Origin: a virus
Lineage: Duplodnaviria; Caudoviricetes
Length of the DNA: 40,003 bases
Direction: 5' to 3' (one strand)
Virus record (IMG/VR): IMGVR_UViG_3300005611_000073
Location: 1 to 40,003 of that record
The stretch's first letter is position 1; each line of letters begins with the position of its first letter. Under the pieces are notes generated by a model. The model saw only the letters and a list, made by a program, of their open reading frames with translations, did not search any database and was not told the origin of the DNA. The position numbers and the translations under genes are program-made. Below, piece after piece: positions 31,065-40,003 of this stretch.

Positions 31065-31716
31065 TTCTTTAATCGCAATCATAGAAGAAAACATTGAATC
31101 CCCCCGAAAGGAACAGTTGATTGAGTTATATGATTCTATGGCAGAACATATGATTATGGCTCCTGCAAGTGGAGTAAAACATTTTCACTTAGCATTTGCA
31201 GGTGGATATTGTATTCACGTCCGAAATGTTGTGAACGCATCTTTATTGGTTGCTAAAACATTTAAACAACTAGGTGGGACGATTGACTTTACCAAAGAAG
31301 AACTTGTGTTCTCTGCTCTTAATCACGACCTAGGTAAAGTGGGTGATGGGGTTGACCCATACTATGTACCTGAAGAATCTGAATACTACCGTAAACGGTA
31401 TGACAGAACATACACAAGAAACAAAGACATCACTAATATGGACGTAACTAACAGAGCGTTGTTCCTATTACAGAAAGCAGGGATAGTGGTTACTGAAAAT
31501 GAATTTCTTGCAATCTATAATTCAGATGGAATGTTTGATGAAAAGAATCACTACTATCTAAAAAATTGGGATGAAGACAAAAAACCACGAACATTTTTAC
31601 TTGAAATTCTACATTGGGGTGATGCTATGGCGTGTAAAGCTGAATATAGTGGTTGGAAGTATGACAATTTGACAAACATTGACCCACCCAAAGAGAAAAA
31701 AAGTCAGACCAAGTAA
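31027..31716 (+). CDS. HD-domain phosphohydrolase
   Basis: APAS...H...GG...H...LNHDLGK...LHWGD. Confidence 0.85.
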   Translation: MQLTPEQLKANYDSLIAIIEENIESPRKEQLIELYDSMAEHMIMAPASGVKHFHLAFAGGYCIHVRNVVNASLLVAKTFKQLGGTIDFTKEELVFSALNHDLGKVGDGVDPYYVPEESEYYRKRYDRTYTRNKDITNMDVTNRALFLLQKAGIVVTENEFLAIYNSDGMFDEKNHYYLKNWDEDKKPRTFLLEILHWGDAMACKAEYSGWKYDNLTNIDPPKEKKSQTK

Positions 31717-31717
31717 C

Positions 31718-31734
31718 TTGGTATAGACTTTGTA
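31718..31734 (+). promoter_or_regulatory. Sigma54-like -24/-12 element upstream of hsp20
   Basis: TTGGTATAGACTTTGTA (GG-N10-GT). Confidence 0.4.
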
Positions 31735-31776
31735 AATAAACTAGTAAACTTAAACATAAACTAAACCAAAATTATT

Positions 31777-32103
31777 ATGACTAGAGCACGTTTATTTGAT
31801 GACCTATTTGATGTGGTATTTACGCCAGAAAGATATTCAACAACAGAACTTTCCGATGACTTGGATTTACATATTCAGGTGCCGGGTTGTGATGAAAAAG
31901 ACGTTGATGTAGAACTTGGTGAAAAAATTATCACAGTCAAAGCAGAAGCATCCGTTGATGGATTTGACTTTACCTTAAATAAAAACTATTTTATCCCTAA
32001 CAACGTAGATAGAGATAATATTAAAGCTACCGTACAAAACGGTTTACTATCTATCTCGTTGAAGAGAAAAGTAGAAAAGTTAAAGGTAAAAAAACTACTC
32101 TAA
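31777..32103 (+). CDS. Small heat shock protein (Hsp20 family)
   Basis: VPG...DVDVE...IP-x2-VD-x3-IKA-x3-NGLLSISL. Confidence 0.88.
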   Translation: MTRARLFDDLFDVVFTPERYSTTELSDDLDLHIQVPGCDEKDVDVELGEKIITVKAEASVDGFDFTLNKNYFIPNNVDRDNIKATVQNGLLSISLKRKVEKLKVKKLL

Positions 32104-32125
32104 ACGAGTAGAGGTTACGAGGGGT

Positions 32126-32159
32126 AAAAGAGAGAAATTGGTAGTTTCTCTCTTTTTTT
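32126..32159 (+). terminator. Intrinsic terminator
   Basis: AAAAGAGAGAAATT-GGT-AGTTTCTCTCTTTT followed by TTT. Confidence 0.85.
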
Positions 32160-32171
32160 ATATTTATACCT

Positions 32172-32366
32172 ATGAAAACTATTGAACAAAAGGGATATTT
32201 ATTTCAAGTATTAAGTGAAATAGATAAAACACTTGTTAAAGATTACGAACAAATCAAAAACAAGTTAAGGGCTGATATGGTACTTTGGAATAAAGATAAA
32301 ACTAAATATATCTTTATCCGTTATATCCCTGATGCTGAAATAATTGAGGAAACAAATAATGTTTAA
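32172..32366 (+). CDS. Hypothetical protein
   Basis: TATTTATA at 32161-32168. Confidence 0.65.
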   Translation: MKTIEQKGYLFQVLSEIDKTLVKDYEQIKNKLRADMVLWNKDKTKYIFIRYIPDAEIIEETNNV

Positions 32367-33285
32367 ATGGGTAGTAGGGTTAAGTGCGTTAATAATCGCT
32401 GGTTGTGCCGCATTCTTTTCTGTAACGGGTATCGCTCTTCTGTTTAGTGGTGCAACGTTAAGTGTTGCTATAATGGCTGGGTCATTAGAATTAGGTAAAT
32501 TAGTAGCGGCCTCATATCTCCATAGAATGTGGAACAAAATAAATTGGTTGTTCCGAATATACTTTACATCAGCAGTTGTCATACTTGTATTCGTGACTTC
32601 TATGGGTATCTTTGGATTCCTTTCAAATGCGTATCAAAAAACGTCTCTGGCGGTTCAAAATGTAGATAGTCAGGTCAATATACTAGATGTACAGAGAAAC
32701 GGTCTTAGAAACGATATTTCAAGGTTTGAGAACCGTATAGATGTGTTAACTGACCAACGTTCATCACAAGAGACTAGATATGATAGTTTAGTGGTCGGTG
32801 AAAATTGGGTAAACGCTAGACGAACCTTTGAATTGATTGAATCAGCAGACGAAGAAATTAGAGGACTCAATAGTCAGATAACAGAATCACGACAACAGTT
32901 AAATGAATTAAATATAGAAATACTTACCATTCAAACCGACAACATAGATTTGGCTAGAGAGATTGGTGGGTTTAAGTTTATAGCTGATGCATTTAATGTT
33001 CCCATTGACACTGCTGTAAAGTGGTTTATTATTATGTTGATATTTGTATTTGACCCATTGGCTGTAAGTTTGGTTATAGCTTGGAACAAGTTGGTGGATG
33101 ATAAAGATTATGAAATGTATGTAAAAAAAGTAAAAGAAAAACTTGTATCTGATAAAGAAACTTCTTATGTTTCATCTGAAGAAAGTCAGGATAAACCTGA
33201 CAGTTCTGATATAATTGATGAATCAAAAAAACTTGGTATGGTTGCACCAACCCCCCAAAAAGCACCAAATACTAAGAAAATATAA
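32359..33285 (+). CDS. Multi-TM membrane protein with a central coiled coil
   Basis: AAFFSVTG...ELGKLVAA...TSMGIFGFLS...IFVFDPLAV. Confidence 0.75.
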   Translation: MFKWVVGLSALIIAGCAAFFSVTGIALLFSGATLSVAIMAGSLELGKLVAASYLHRMWNKINWLFRIYFTSAVVILVFVTSMGIFGFLSNAYQKTSLAVQNVDSQVNILDVQRNGLRNDISRFENRIDVLTDQRSSQETRYDSLVVGENWVNARRTFELIESADEEIRGLNSQITESRQQLNELNIEILTIQTDNIDLAREIGGFKFIADAFNVPIDTAVKWFIIMLIFVFDPLAVSLVIAWNKLVDDKDYEMYVKKVKEKLVSDKETSYVSSEESQDKPDSSDIIDESKKLGMVAPTPQKAPNTKKI

Positions 33286-33349
33286 GACCTTTTGACCAAA
33301 AATTTGGAAATACATTTTTTAACACGTAATATCTAAACAGTAAATAACT

Positions 33350-33895
33350 ATGTCACTAAAAGACTCTATAACTTTTACTTCTATACTATTATTAATATTA
33401 GTATTTCATTCTTTTAATAATAGAATAAATGATTTAGAATATTCTTTAAAAGATTCTAAAGAAAAACAGTTAGAACAAATATCTTCTATTTCTAACTTAA
33501 CTAGTCAAATTCAGGATAACGAAGATTTAATACAGAATGTATTTAATTTAAGATTTTATGATAATGTAGTTGCTACTGTTTATCACCCTGTACCTGAACA
33601 AACCGATGATACTCCTAACATTACGGCAGATGGAACTGTGATAGAAATTGACAATGCGTCAGATTATCGTTATATTGCAGTAAGTAGAGATTTACATAAA
33701 CGATATGGTGGGAGTTTTGACTTCAATGATATTGTTTATATTAACTCAGATGAGTTATCAGGTTTTTACATTATTAAGGATTTAATGAACAAAAGATTTA
33801 CTAGACGTATTGATTTTTTACATTCACCTGAAACACCTGCGTTTAAGTTAGATAACGTGGAATTGTATCAGACAAATATTAAAACAATTTTATAA
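33350..33895 (+). CDS. Membrane-anchored 3D-domain (lytic transglycosylase-like) protein
   Basis: ATVYHP...QTDDTPNITADG...IAVSRDL...DLMN...RIDF. Confidence 0.75.
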   Translation: MSLKDSITFTSILLLILVFHSFNNRINDLEYSLKDSKEKQLEQISSISNLTSQIQDNEDLIQNVFNLRFYDNVVATVYHPVPEQTDDTPNITADGTVIEIDNASDYRYIAVSRDLHKRYGGSFDFNDIVYINSDELSGFYIIKDLMNKRFTRRIDFLHSPETPAFKLDNVELYQTNIKTIL

Positions 33896-34158
33896 TGGAA
33901 TTATTCATTATTATTTTATTATCAGTTATTGTACTAATATTATCTTATTCAGTTTATACTCTTTACAGAAAAATAATGTTTTTTGAAGATGAGTTTTTAA
34001 GAATTGAAGAAGGTATTAACACTGCAATGGAAACTATGAGACAAGTTGATATTGGTGGTGCATTTGAAAGTGATGATGAAGTAGGTGATGTATTCACTCA
34101 GATGAAACGTGTAGTTGATAATCTAGGAGAATACATATATGCCGAAAGAGAAGAATAA
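33895..34158 (+). CDS. Single-TM protein
   Basis: N-terminal TM; FESDDEVG. Confidence 0.7.
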   Translation: MELFIIILLSVIVLILSYSVYTLYRKIMFFEDEFLRIEEGINTAMETMRQVDIGGAFESDDEVGDVFTQMKRVVDNLGEYIYAEREE

Positions 34159-34840
34159 ATCTAATTATTACTTCACACAGGAAACTGAGGATTGGATTGT
34201 AAAATATAACTTTGAAGAAAATTCAAGAGTCAGAGATAAAATATACAATGAACATTTAAAATACCCACTTGAAAAGTTAGTGGAGAACGTATTCAATACA
34301 TTTAAGTTTGAGTATTTTTTAGATGACCCAATGGACGTTCAACGTGAAGTGTTATCTTTTATTATTTTAAATCTCCACAAGTATAAAGGGGATAAAGGTA
34401 AAGCATTCTCATACTTTTCTATTGTTGCTAAAAACTATCTTATCTTAAACAACAATAAAAATTTCAAAGTAAAAAAGATGTACACGGGTATTGATGATAC
34501 CGAAGAGGTGTTTGAAATACAAGATGAAAAAGAAAACAGACGACAGAAAGATTTCACAGGTGAGTTCGTTGAGTTGATGTATGAATTTTGGGAACAAAAG
34601 ATACCACAAGTTTTTGATAAAGACAGAGACTTACAAATAGCATTTGCAATCATTGAACTATTTAGATACATTGATGTGATAGATGTATTCAGAAAAAAGA
34701 CATTGTATTTGATGATTAGAGAAATGACGGGTTACACAGGACAACATATCACACCTGTGTTAAATAAAATGAAACCAATACAGTATCGTATCTACGATGA
34801 CTTCTTGACTATCGGTAAGATACGACAAGAACGATACTAA
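34139..34840 (+). CDS. Phage sigma-factor-like protein (T4 gp55-like, late transcription)
   Basis: NLHKYKGDKGKAFSYFSIVAKN resembles sigma region 2 / gp55 NPFAYFT; adjoins structural genes. Confidence 0.6.
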   Translation: MPKEKNKSNYYFTQETEDWIVKYNFEENSRVRDKIYNEHLKYPLEKLVENVFNTFKFEYFLDDPMDVQREVLSFIILNLHKYKGDKGKAFSYFSIVAKNYLILNNNKNFKVKKMYTGIDDTEEVFEIQDEKENRRQKDFTGEFVELMYEFWEQKIPQVFDKDRDLQIAFAIIELFRYIDVIDVFRKKTLYLMIREMTGYTGQHITPVLNKMKPIQYRIYDDFLTIGKIRQERY

Positions 34841-34865
34841 TTTTCAACCTTGTATATTTATTAGT

Positions 34866-35273
34866 ATGGATAAAGATGATATTATATTTGGTGATAAATC
34901 ACTATCAGGAATTCTAGAAGACATTTATACTAATAGTAAAAAGAAAGATAAGACTATTGAAAATGTTATGGGTAGTTTTCTGACTAGTCTAAAAGGTGGT
35001 AAGGATATTGCGTATATTGGCCCTGTGGTAAAAGACTTAATACACGTGGGAGTCCAAAATGATGAACAACTTGTTAAGATTGCTACAATCATACAACGAG
35101 TTATGAGTGTTAGTGGTGGTAGTGATGATGAAGAATTAGGATTGACTGATAAAATGAAAGAAGAGTTGTTGGCCACCATAGAAGAAGCTGAACAAAAAGA
35201 TGAAAACCTCACCAAACAAATTGAAGATATAAAAGTTGAGGACTTGAGGGAAAACGATGATTCGGGAACATAG
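34866..35273 (+). CDS. Conserved hypothetical phage protein
   Basis: TATTTATT at 34855-34862; helical. Confidence 0.7.
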   Translation: MDKDDIIFGDKSLSGILEDIYTNSKKKDKTIENVMGSFLTSLKGGKDIAYIGPVVKDLIHVGVQNDEQLVKIATIIQRVMSVSGGSDDEELGLTDKMKEELLATIEEAEQKDENLTKQIEDIKVEDLRENDDSGT

Positions 35274-36339
35274 AACCGTCACCACCAATGATTTATTTCA
35301 ATTAAAGGCTTACATTGATTCTAAAACTACAAATGCAACATTGGATATTGTGTATGTTAGTGATTCAAATCATAATGATACTACAAGACCCGACTTATCA
35401 ATTGGGTCTATATTAGGGAAAAATGAATCACAATCGGGAAAAAGTGAAAATACTGACATAGTATATAAACCGATTGATGTTAATATTAAAAAATACCCTA
35501 TACCTGGCGAATATGTTTTAGCTTTAAGAAGTCCGTTAGGTAATTACTATATTAGTTCTCTAAACCTAAATGACAACCTAAACAACAATATAGACACATC
35601 TAGGTTGCTTGGTAATACAAAATATAGTGATGATAATATAACTACATCATCAGTAATTCGTAATAGTAAAAAAATAACGACTGCTGATAGAATATCTAAA
35701 GACTTCAAAATAAGTAGGATTGGTAAAAGAAAAATAAACTATGGTGATGTTGTTTTTGAGGGTAGACTTGGAAACTCTATACTATTGACACATTCTCCCA
35801 ACAATGAACCATTGCTTGAAATTGAAAATAGCAACTCGTCTATTGTATTCTTTAACGATGAAGGTGGGTATTCTCGTATCACGGATACTAAATTTAATGA
35901 TGTTGTAGAAAAACAATTTAATGATAATAAAAACGGAGGACATTTACTTTTAAATTCTGACAGAATTATAATGAACTCTCAAGTGAATGGTATATTTCTA
36001 CAAAGTAGAGGTGGTTCAGTTGGTGTTTCATCCGATAAAGATATTGATATTGCAGCGGGTAGACAATTATCGTTAAATGGTAATTTTATATTCATTGGTA
36101 CAGATAAAACAGACCAACCATTAGTACGGGGTAAAGAGTTTGCAAGTCAATGGACTTCTTTAATAGAAATATTACACGAAACTGCTTTAAGTTTAAAACA
36201 ATTAGATAACCCTGACCTGAATGGTATTGGTTCTTTACTCGAAAAACGTATTAGTGATTCAATAAGTCCAAAAGGTACCACTAATATACAACAAACATCT
36301 GTGAGTAAAATATTATCAGAGGAGGTGTATATACGGTAA
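35257..36339 (+). CDS. Putative baseplate spike/hub (gp5/gpV-like)
   Basis: YPIPGEYV (OB-fold end), GDVVFEGRLGNSI, beta-repeat C-terminus, QPLVRG; position before gp25. Confidence 0.6.
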   Translation: MIREHRTVTTNDLFQLKAYIDSKTTNATLDIVYVSDSNHNDTTRPDLSIGSILGKNESQSGKSENTDIVYKPIDVNIKKYPIPGEYVLALRSPLGNYYISSLNLNDNLNNNIDTSRLLGNTKYSDDNITTSSVIRNSKKITTADRISKDFKISRIGKRKINYGDVVFEGRLGNSILLTHSPNNEPLLEIENSNSSIVFFNDEGGYSRITDTKFNDVVEKQFNDNKNGGHLLLNSDRIIMNSQVNGIFLQSRGGSVGVSSDKDIDIAAGRQLSLNGNFIFIGTDKTDQPLVRGKEFASQWTSLIEILHETALSLKQLDNPDLNGIGSLLEKRISDSISPKGTTNIQQTSVSKILSEEVYIR

Positions 36340-36989
36340 TGAGTAGATTGTCAAACGAAATAGGTATAGTTTCATTAGTTAGTTTATTGAATGAGGTATT
36401 ATCAGGTTCTTCTGCTAGAGTTAGAAAACAAAAAGAAGATATAGATAAGAGGGTTGCGGAAATAAGTGTTGAGTTAGCACGATTAAAAGAATTGGCTAAT
36501 TTTAGTGAGTTAAAAGATAAAAACTTACAAAATAAACAACAATCAAAAAAGAATCAGTATGGTGATGCCGACGACGTGACCCGCGCGGAAGAACAGTTAG
36601 ATGAGTTAAACTCATTGATAAGTGCAGGTAATGATTTAGCTTGGATAAGTAAACGATGGGTTGTGTTGAAAGAGGAACAACTACTATTAGAAAAAATTGA
36701 AAAACCAAAATTAGAATTATATGAAAATATACATAGTGTTAATGTAGGGTTTATTTCAAAGTTGTTTGATAAATTGTTAGGGTTACGCGATAGATTAAAC
36801 GAAGGTTTAGATGGGTTAGACGACCTAGAACAACAAGCATCAAATATACCATTTCCATACGGGCCGGTACTAGTGTTTTTAATTAAACAGATACGTAATC
36901 TCATTGAAACTAAAATATTTAACCCACTACTTATTGCAATTGGTTCGTTAGGTACTGCATTGATAATAAACAAAACACTTAATGGGTAG
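36339..36989 (+). CDS. Hypothetical coiled-coil protein in the baseplate cluster
   Basis: TAATG coupling. Confidence 0.65.
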   Translation: MSRLSNEIGIVSLVSLLNEVLSGSSARVRKQKEDIDKRVAEISVELARLKELANFSELKDKNLQNKQQSKKNQYGDADDVTRAEEQLDELNSLISAGNDLAWISKRWVVLKEEQLLLEKIEKPKLELYENIHSVNVGFISKLFDKLLGLRDRLNEGLDGLDDLEQQASNIPFPYGPVLVFLIKQIRNLIETKIFNPLLIAIGSLGTALIINKTLNG

Positions 36990-37041
36990 TTGTAAATTTA
37001 TGACAAAGGATATTTATATAATAATAACAAAATAAGAAGAG

Positions 37042-37491
37042 ATGAAAAGTTCAACTGAAAAATTACTTAAAGTTTTAGAATCTAAAATAGATAAGATTGT
37101 TGAAAGACGAGTTCAAAAACTCTTACCTATGTTAGTAGAACACGAAGTAAACAGATTGTTAAAAGAGGAAACAAAAAAACCAACACCTAGTCCTGTTACC
37201 GAAACACGTGAACCTAAGAAGGTATCACTAGAAAAAGGTAATGTGATGGAAAGTATTAAAGCATTAGTGGGTGGAGAACCAATGAGTGAGTATAGAAGTA
37301 TGAACTATACAACTCAGACAGGAATACCCAATTACCCATCACAAAACACACCAATTACAGGTATGGAAGGTAAACCTGTTGATACAACCAATCCTGCAGT
37401 CGCAGGTGTATTGAACGCAATGAATAGTAATCTTGGTGATAGGTTTAAGAAAATGGATAAGTTGGCAAAACAACGTGGTGGCTTTAGATAA
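37042..37491 (+). CDS. Hypothetical late protein
   Basis: TATTTATA at 37011-37018. Confidence 0.7.
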   Translation: MKSSTEKLLKVLESKIDKIVERRVQKLLPMLVEHEVNRLLKEETKKPTPSPVTETREPKKVSLEKGNVMESIKALVGGEPMSEYRSMNYTTQTGIPNYPSQNTPITGMEGKPVDTTNPAVAGVLNAMNSNLGDRFKKMDKLAKQRGGFR

Positions 37492-37871
37492 TGAAACCAA
37501 TAGGAATAGACTTACCAATACGGAGAGGTAGACAAGGAGGTTTTCAACAAACCTTTACTACCCAAGAAGCAATTAAGTCTAATCTAAAGAATACATTACT
37601 AACTAATTTTGGAGAACGACCACTCAATCCAACATTTGGTAATAATCTAAGACGATTTGTTTTTGAACAAGATACTGAAATAACAAAAATAAAAGTAGAA
37701 GAAACTGTTAGAGATATAATATTAGATAAATTTCCATCTCTTATTATTAATGATTTTATATTTGAAAATATAAATGATGATAATAGAATAAACTTTACAA
37801 TTACTTTTTCTCTAACACAGTATCCTAACTTATTAGATAGAGTAAGTTTTGATTTAAAAATAGGAAACTAG
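37491..37871 (+). CDS. Baseplate wedge subunit gp25/GPW-like
   Basis: IKSNLKNTLLTNFGERPLNPTFG. Confidence 0.9.
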   Translation: MKPIGIDLPIRRGRQGGFQQTFTTQEAIKSNLKNTLLTNFGERPLNPTFGNNLRRFVFEQDTEITKIKVEETVRDIILDKFPSLIINDFIFENINDDNRINFTITFSLTQYPNLLDRVSFDLKIGN

Positions 37872-37872
37872 C

Positions 37873-39720
37873 GTGGCAATTAATTCAATAAATAAAGATT
37901 ATAGTAAAAAAACTAAGGATGTGAATCTTCTAGCAAAAGATTTTAGTTCATATAGAGCACGTTTGATAGAGTTTGCTAAAACATACTTCCCTAACACATA
38001 CAATGACTTTACTGATACAAGTGTTGGTAATATGTTTATTGAATTGGTTGCATATGCAGGAGATGTATTATCATATAACATTGATTACAACTTTAAAGAA
38101 AACTTATTAACTCACGCATCTGAACCAAAGAATATTATATCACTTGCACAGTCATTGGGGTATAAAGTTCCATTGTCTAGTGGTGCTGTTGGGTCTATTA
38201 AAGTATATCAATTATTACCTGATGATGGTTCAGGTAACCCCGACTTCACCTACGCTCTTAAAGTAGCATCAGGTATGAAAGTAAGTTCTGAATTAAACTC
38301 TGATGTAGTATTTAGAACACTAGAACCAATTTACTTTTCTGAAATGTCTAATTTGGGAACAGATAGTAAATTTATTACATCATTCCAACAAGAAGCAGGA
38401 AGTACAACGTTTTGGTTGATTGAATATAATAAAGAAGTACCTATTGTTGCTGGTGTTGAAAAAACATTAGAAGTATCTGTTGGTGACCCACAACAATTTT
38501 ATACAATTGAATTACCCGACGAGGACGTAATTGAAGTTTTATCAATACAGGATTCAGATGGGAACACGTATTATGAAGTTGATTATTTAGCTCAAGACAA
38601 CATCATAACATCGGAACGATTAACCACCGCGACATCAGAACCATTCTTTCAGACAAAACTATTAAAAGTACCTAGACGATTTATAACAAGGGTTAACAAG
38701 AACTTAAAACTAGAAGTTCAATTTGGAAGTGGTACAACAGAAAGTGAAGATAGTGAAGTTATATCCGCATTAGAACAAATTAATAATAACACAAACTCTA
38801 CCGAACTATCAATTGACCCAACTTCATTTAGTACAAGTAAAACATATGGTAAAGTTCCATCTAATACGACTCTTACGGTAAAGTACACAGTTGGTGGTGG
38901 TGTTGAAACAAACGTACCACAGAATGACTTGACTAATTTAAATGAAGTTGTATTTGAAAATGATACTACGTCGTTTAGTGGTAACCTTGCTACACTCAAT
39001 CAGATAAAAGCCACATTAAGTACGACTAACGATAACGCGGCAAGTGGGGGTAAAGGATTACCAACGACAGATGAGATTAGACAAAACGCACTACAATTCT
39101 TTTCATCACAAAAAAGATGTGTGACTGCCGAGGATTATAAAGCTAGAGTGTTGTCTATGCCAACTAAATTTGGTAGTGTGTCAAAGGTAACAGCACAAAA
39201 ACACAAACAAGGAATAGTTCAGTCATCACCAACATCAACTATTGATTTATATTTATTAGGTTATGATGGGAACGGAAAGTTAGCAACACTAAATACACAG
39301 ACTAAGAAAAACCTATCTAGATATTTAGAAGAATTTAGACTACTTACTGACGGTGTAAATCTATTAGACGGGTATATTGTGAATATAGGTGTTGACTTTA
39401 GTATATCGGTGTTTAAAGGATATAATAAAAACGAAGTATTATTACAGACCATTGAAGTGGTAAAAGAGTTCTTTGACATAACTAAACAAGATTTTAACTC
39501 TCCTATTTATTTGTCAGACTTAGAACTTCAAATTGCAAATGTTGATGGAGTTAGAACTGTAAATTCCGTTGAGTTACGAAATATAACAGAGGGTAGTTAC
39601 TCTAACAAATACTATCCAATTTCAAATGCTACTAAAAATAAAATAGTATATCCATCGGTGGAACCATCGGTATTTGAAATCAAGTATCCTAACCAAGACA
39701 TTAGAGGGAAAGTAGAATGA
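37873..39720 (+). CDS. Baseplate wedge subunit gp6 / baseplate J-like
   Basis: DFSSYR...YNDF...FIELVAY...AQSLGYK...VQFGSG...YTVGGG...RCVTAEDY. Confidence 0.9.
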   Translation: MAINSINKDYSKKTKDVNLLAKDFSSYRARLIEFAKTYFPNTYNDFTDTSVGNMFIELVAYAGDVLSYNIDYNFKENLLTHASEPKNIISLAQSLGYKVPLSSGAVGSIKVYQLLPDDGSGNPDFTYALKVASGMKVSSELNSDVVFRTLEPIYFSEMSNLGTDSKFITSFQQEAGSTTFWLIEYNKEVPIVAGVEKTLEVSVGDPQQFYTIELPDEDVIEVLSIQDSDGNTYYEVDYLAQDNIITSERLTTATSEPFFQTKLLKVPRRFITRVNKNLKLEVQFGSGTTESEDSEVISALEQINNNTNSTELSIDPTSFSTSKTYGKVPSNTTLTVKYTVGGGVETNVPQNDLTNLNEVVFENDTTSFSGNLATLNQIKATLSTTNDNAASGGKGLPTTDEIRQNALQFFSSQKRCVTAEDYKARVLSMPTKFGSVSKVTAQKHKQGIVQSSPTSTIDLYLLGYDGNGKLATLNTQTKKNLSRYLEEFRLLTDGVNLLDGYIVNIGVDFSISVFKGYNKNEVLLQTIEVVKEFFDITKQDFNSPIYLSDLELQIANVDGVRTVNSVELRNITEGSYSNKYYPISNATKNKIVYPSVEPSVFEIKYPNQDIRGKVE

Positions 39721-40003
39721 TATATTTTGTAACAAGTTCTAAAGATGCTTCAATTTATACTGATTTTAAAAACCAAAATACAGGTATAGACCAAATATTA
39801 GATTTATTCAAGTATAAGACAGACACGATTGATAAGTTTTCAAGGGTGTTGATACAGTTTGATTTGACAGATGTTTCTAATTCCGTTGTTGTTGGTACAA
39901 TTACAAACCCTACATATTCACTAGATTTAACAACCACGTCATTAAAAGAATTAGCTTCTAGTTTTACATTAGAATGTGCACCTATTTCACAAAGTTGGGA
40001 GAT
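39717..40003 (+). CDS. Partial structural protein (DNRLRE-like N-terminus), runs off the window
   Basis: MIYFVTSSKDASIY...NTG...SRVLIQFDL...PISQSWE; ATGA overlap with gp6. Confidence 0.7.
   Translation, partial: MIYFVTSSKDASIYTDFKNQNTGIDQILDLFKYKTDTIDKFSRVLIQFDLTDVSNSVVVGTITNPTYSLDLTTTSLKELASSFTLECAPISQSWE

Noticed and set aside
883-39937. All minus-strand ORFs in the track
   Set aside because: Nearly all are antisense shadows of well-supported + strand genes or tRNAs; none has a recognisable motif or start signal
1-40003. Alternative genetic code (stop-codon reassignment)
   Set aside because: Long genes are intact in the standard code; TAG and TGA both terminate recognisable genes; no suppressor tRNA seen

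Overview
This is a 40-kb segment of a large, AT-rich, T4-like (contractile-tail) bacteriophage, probably infecting a Bacteroidota-related host. Host clues are a TTTG-N20-TAnnTTTG promoter, mostly SD-less leaders, a Flavobacteria-type TonB-dependent receptor, and an NrdB with a fused ATP cone. All credible genes are on the + strand in the standard code. From left to right: an R-M-like trio (nuclease, adenine MTase, nuclease); an early region of small genes behind a repeated TTGACA-N17-TAYHWT promoter with an AACCC(C)TTACTA(C/T)TATG leader, including a T5orf172 endonuclease cassette flanked by 21-bp direct repeats; a structured non-coding block; a MoxR/CbbQ-type AAA+ ATPase; a modular ESVNE-repeat protein; cysC + nucleotidyltransferase + DUF2061; glycosyltransferases; pspC; a TonB-dependent receptor with Pho-box-like repeats nearby; a B12 radical SAM enzyme; DUF1599 and MazG; nrdB-nrdA-GT-thyA; three tRNAs; a vWA/CobT-like protein; HD, Hsp20 and 3D-domain genes; a gp55-like sigma factor; and baseplate genes (gp5-like, gp25, gp6). 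The most striking observation is a 51-aa ArfA-like ORF, absent from the ORF track, whose UAG stop codon overlaps the first two nucleotides of tRNA-Met, so tRNA 5' processing would make its mRNA non-stop. All product calls come from motif recognition by eye; no database searches were run.
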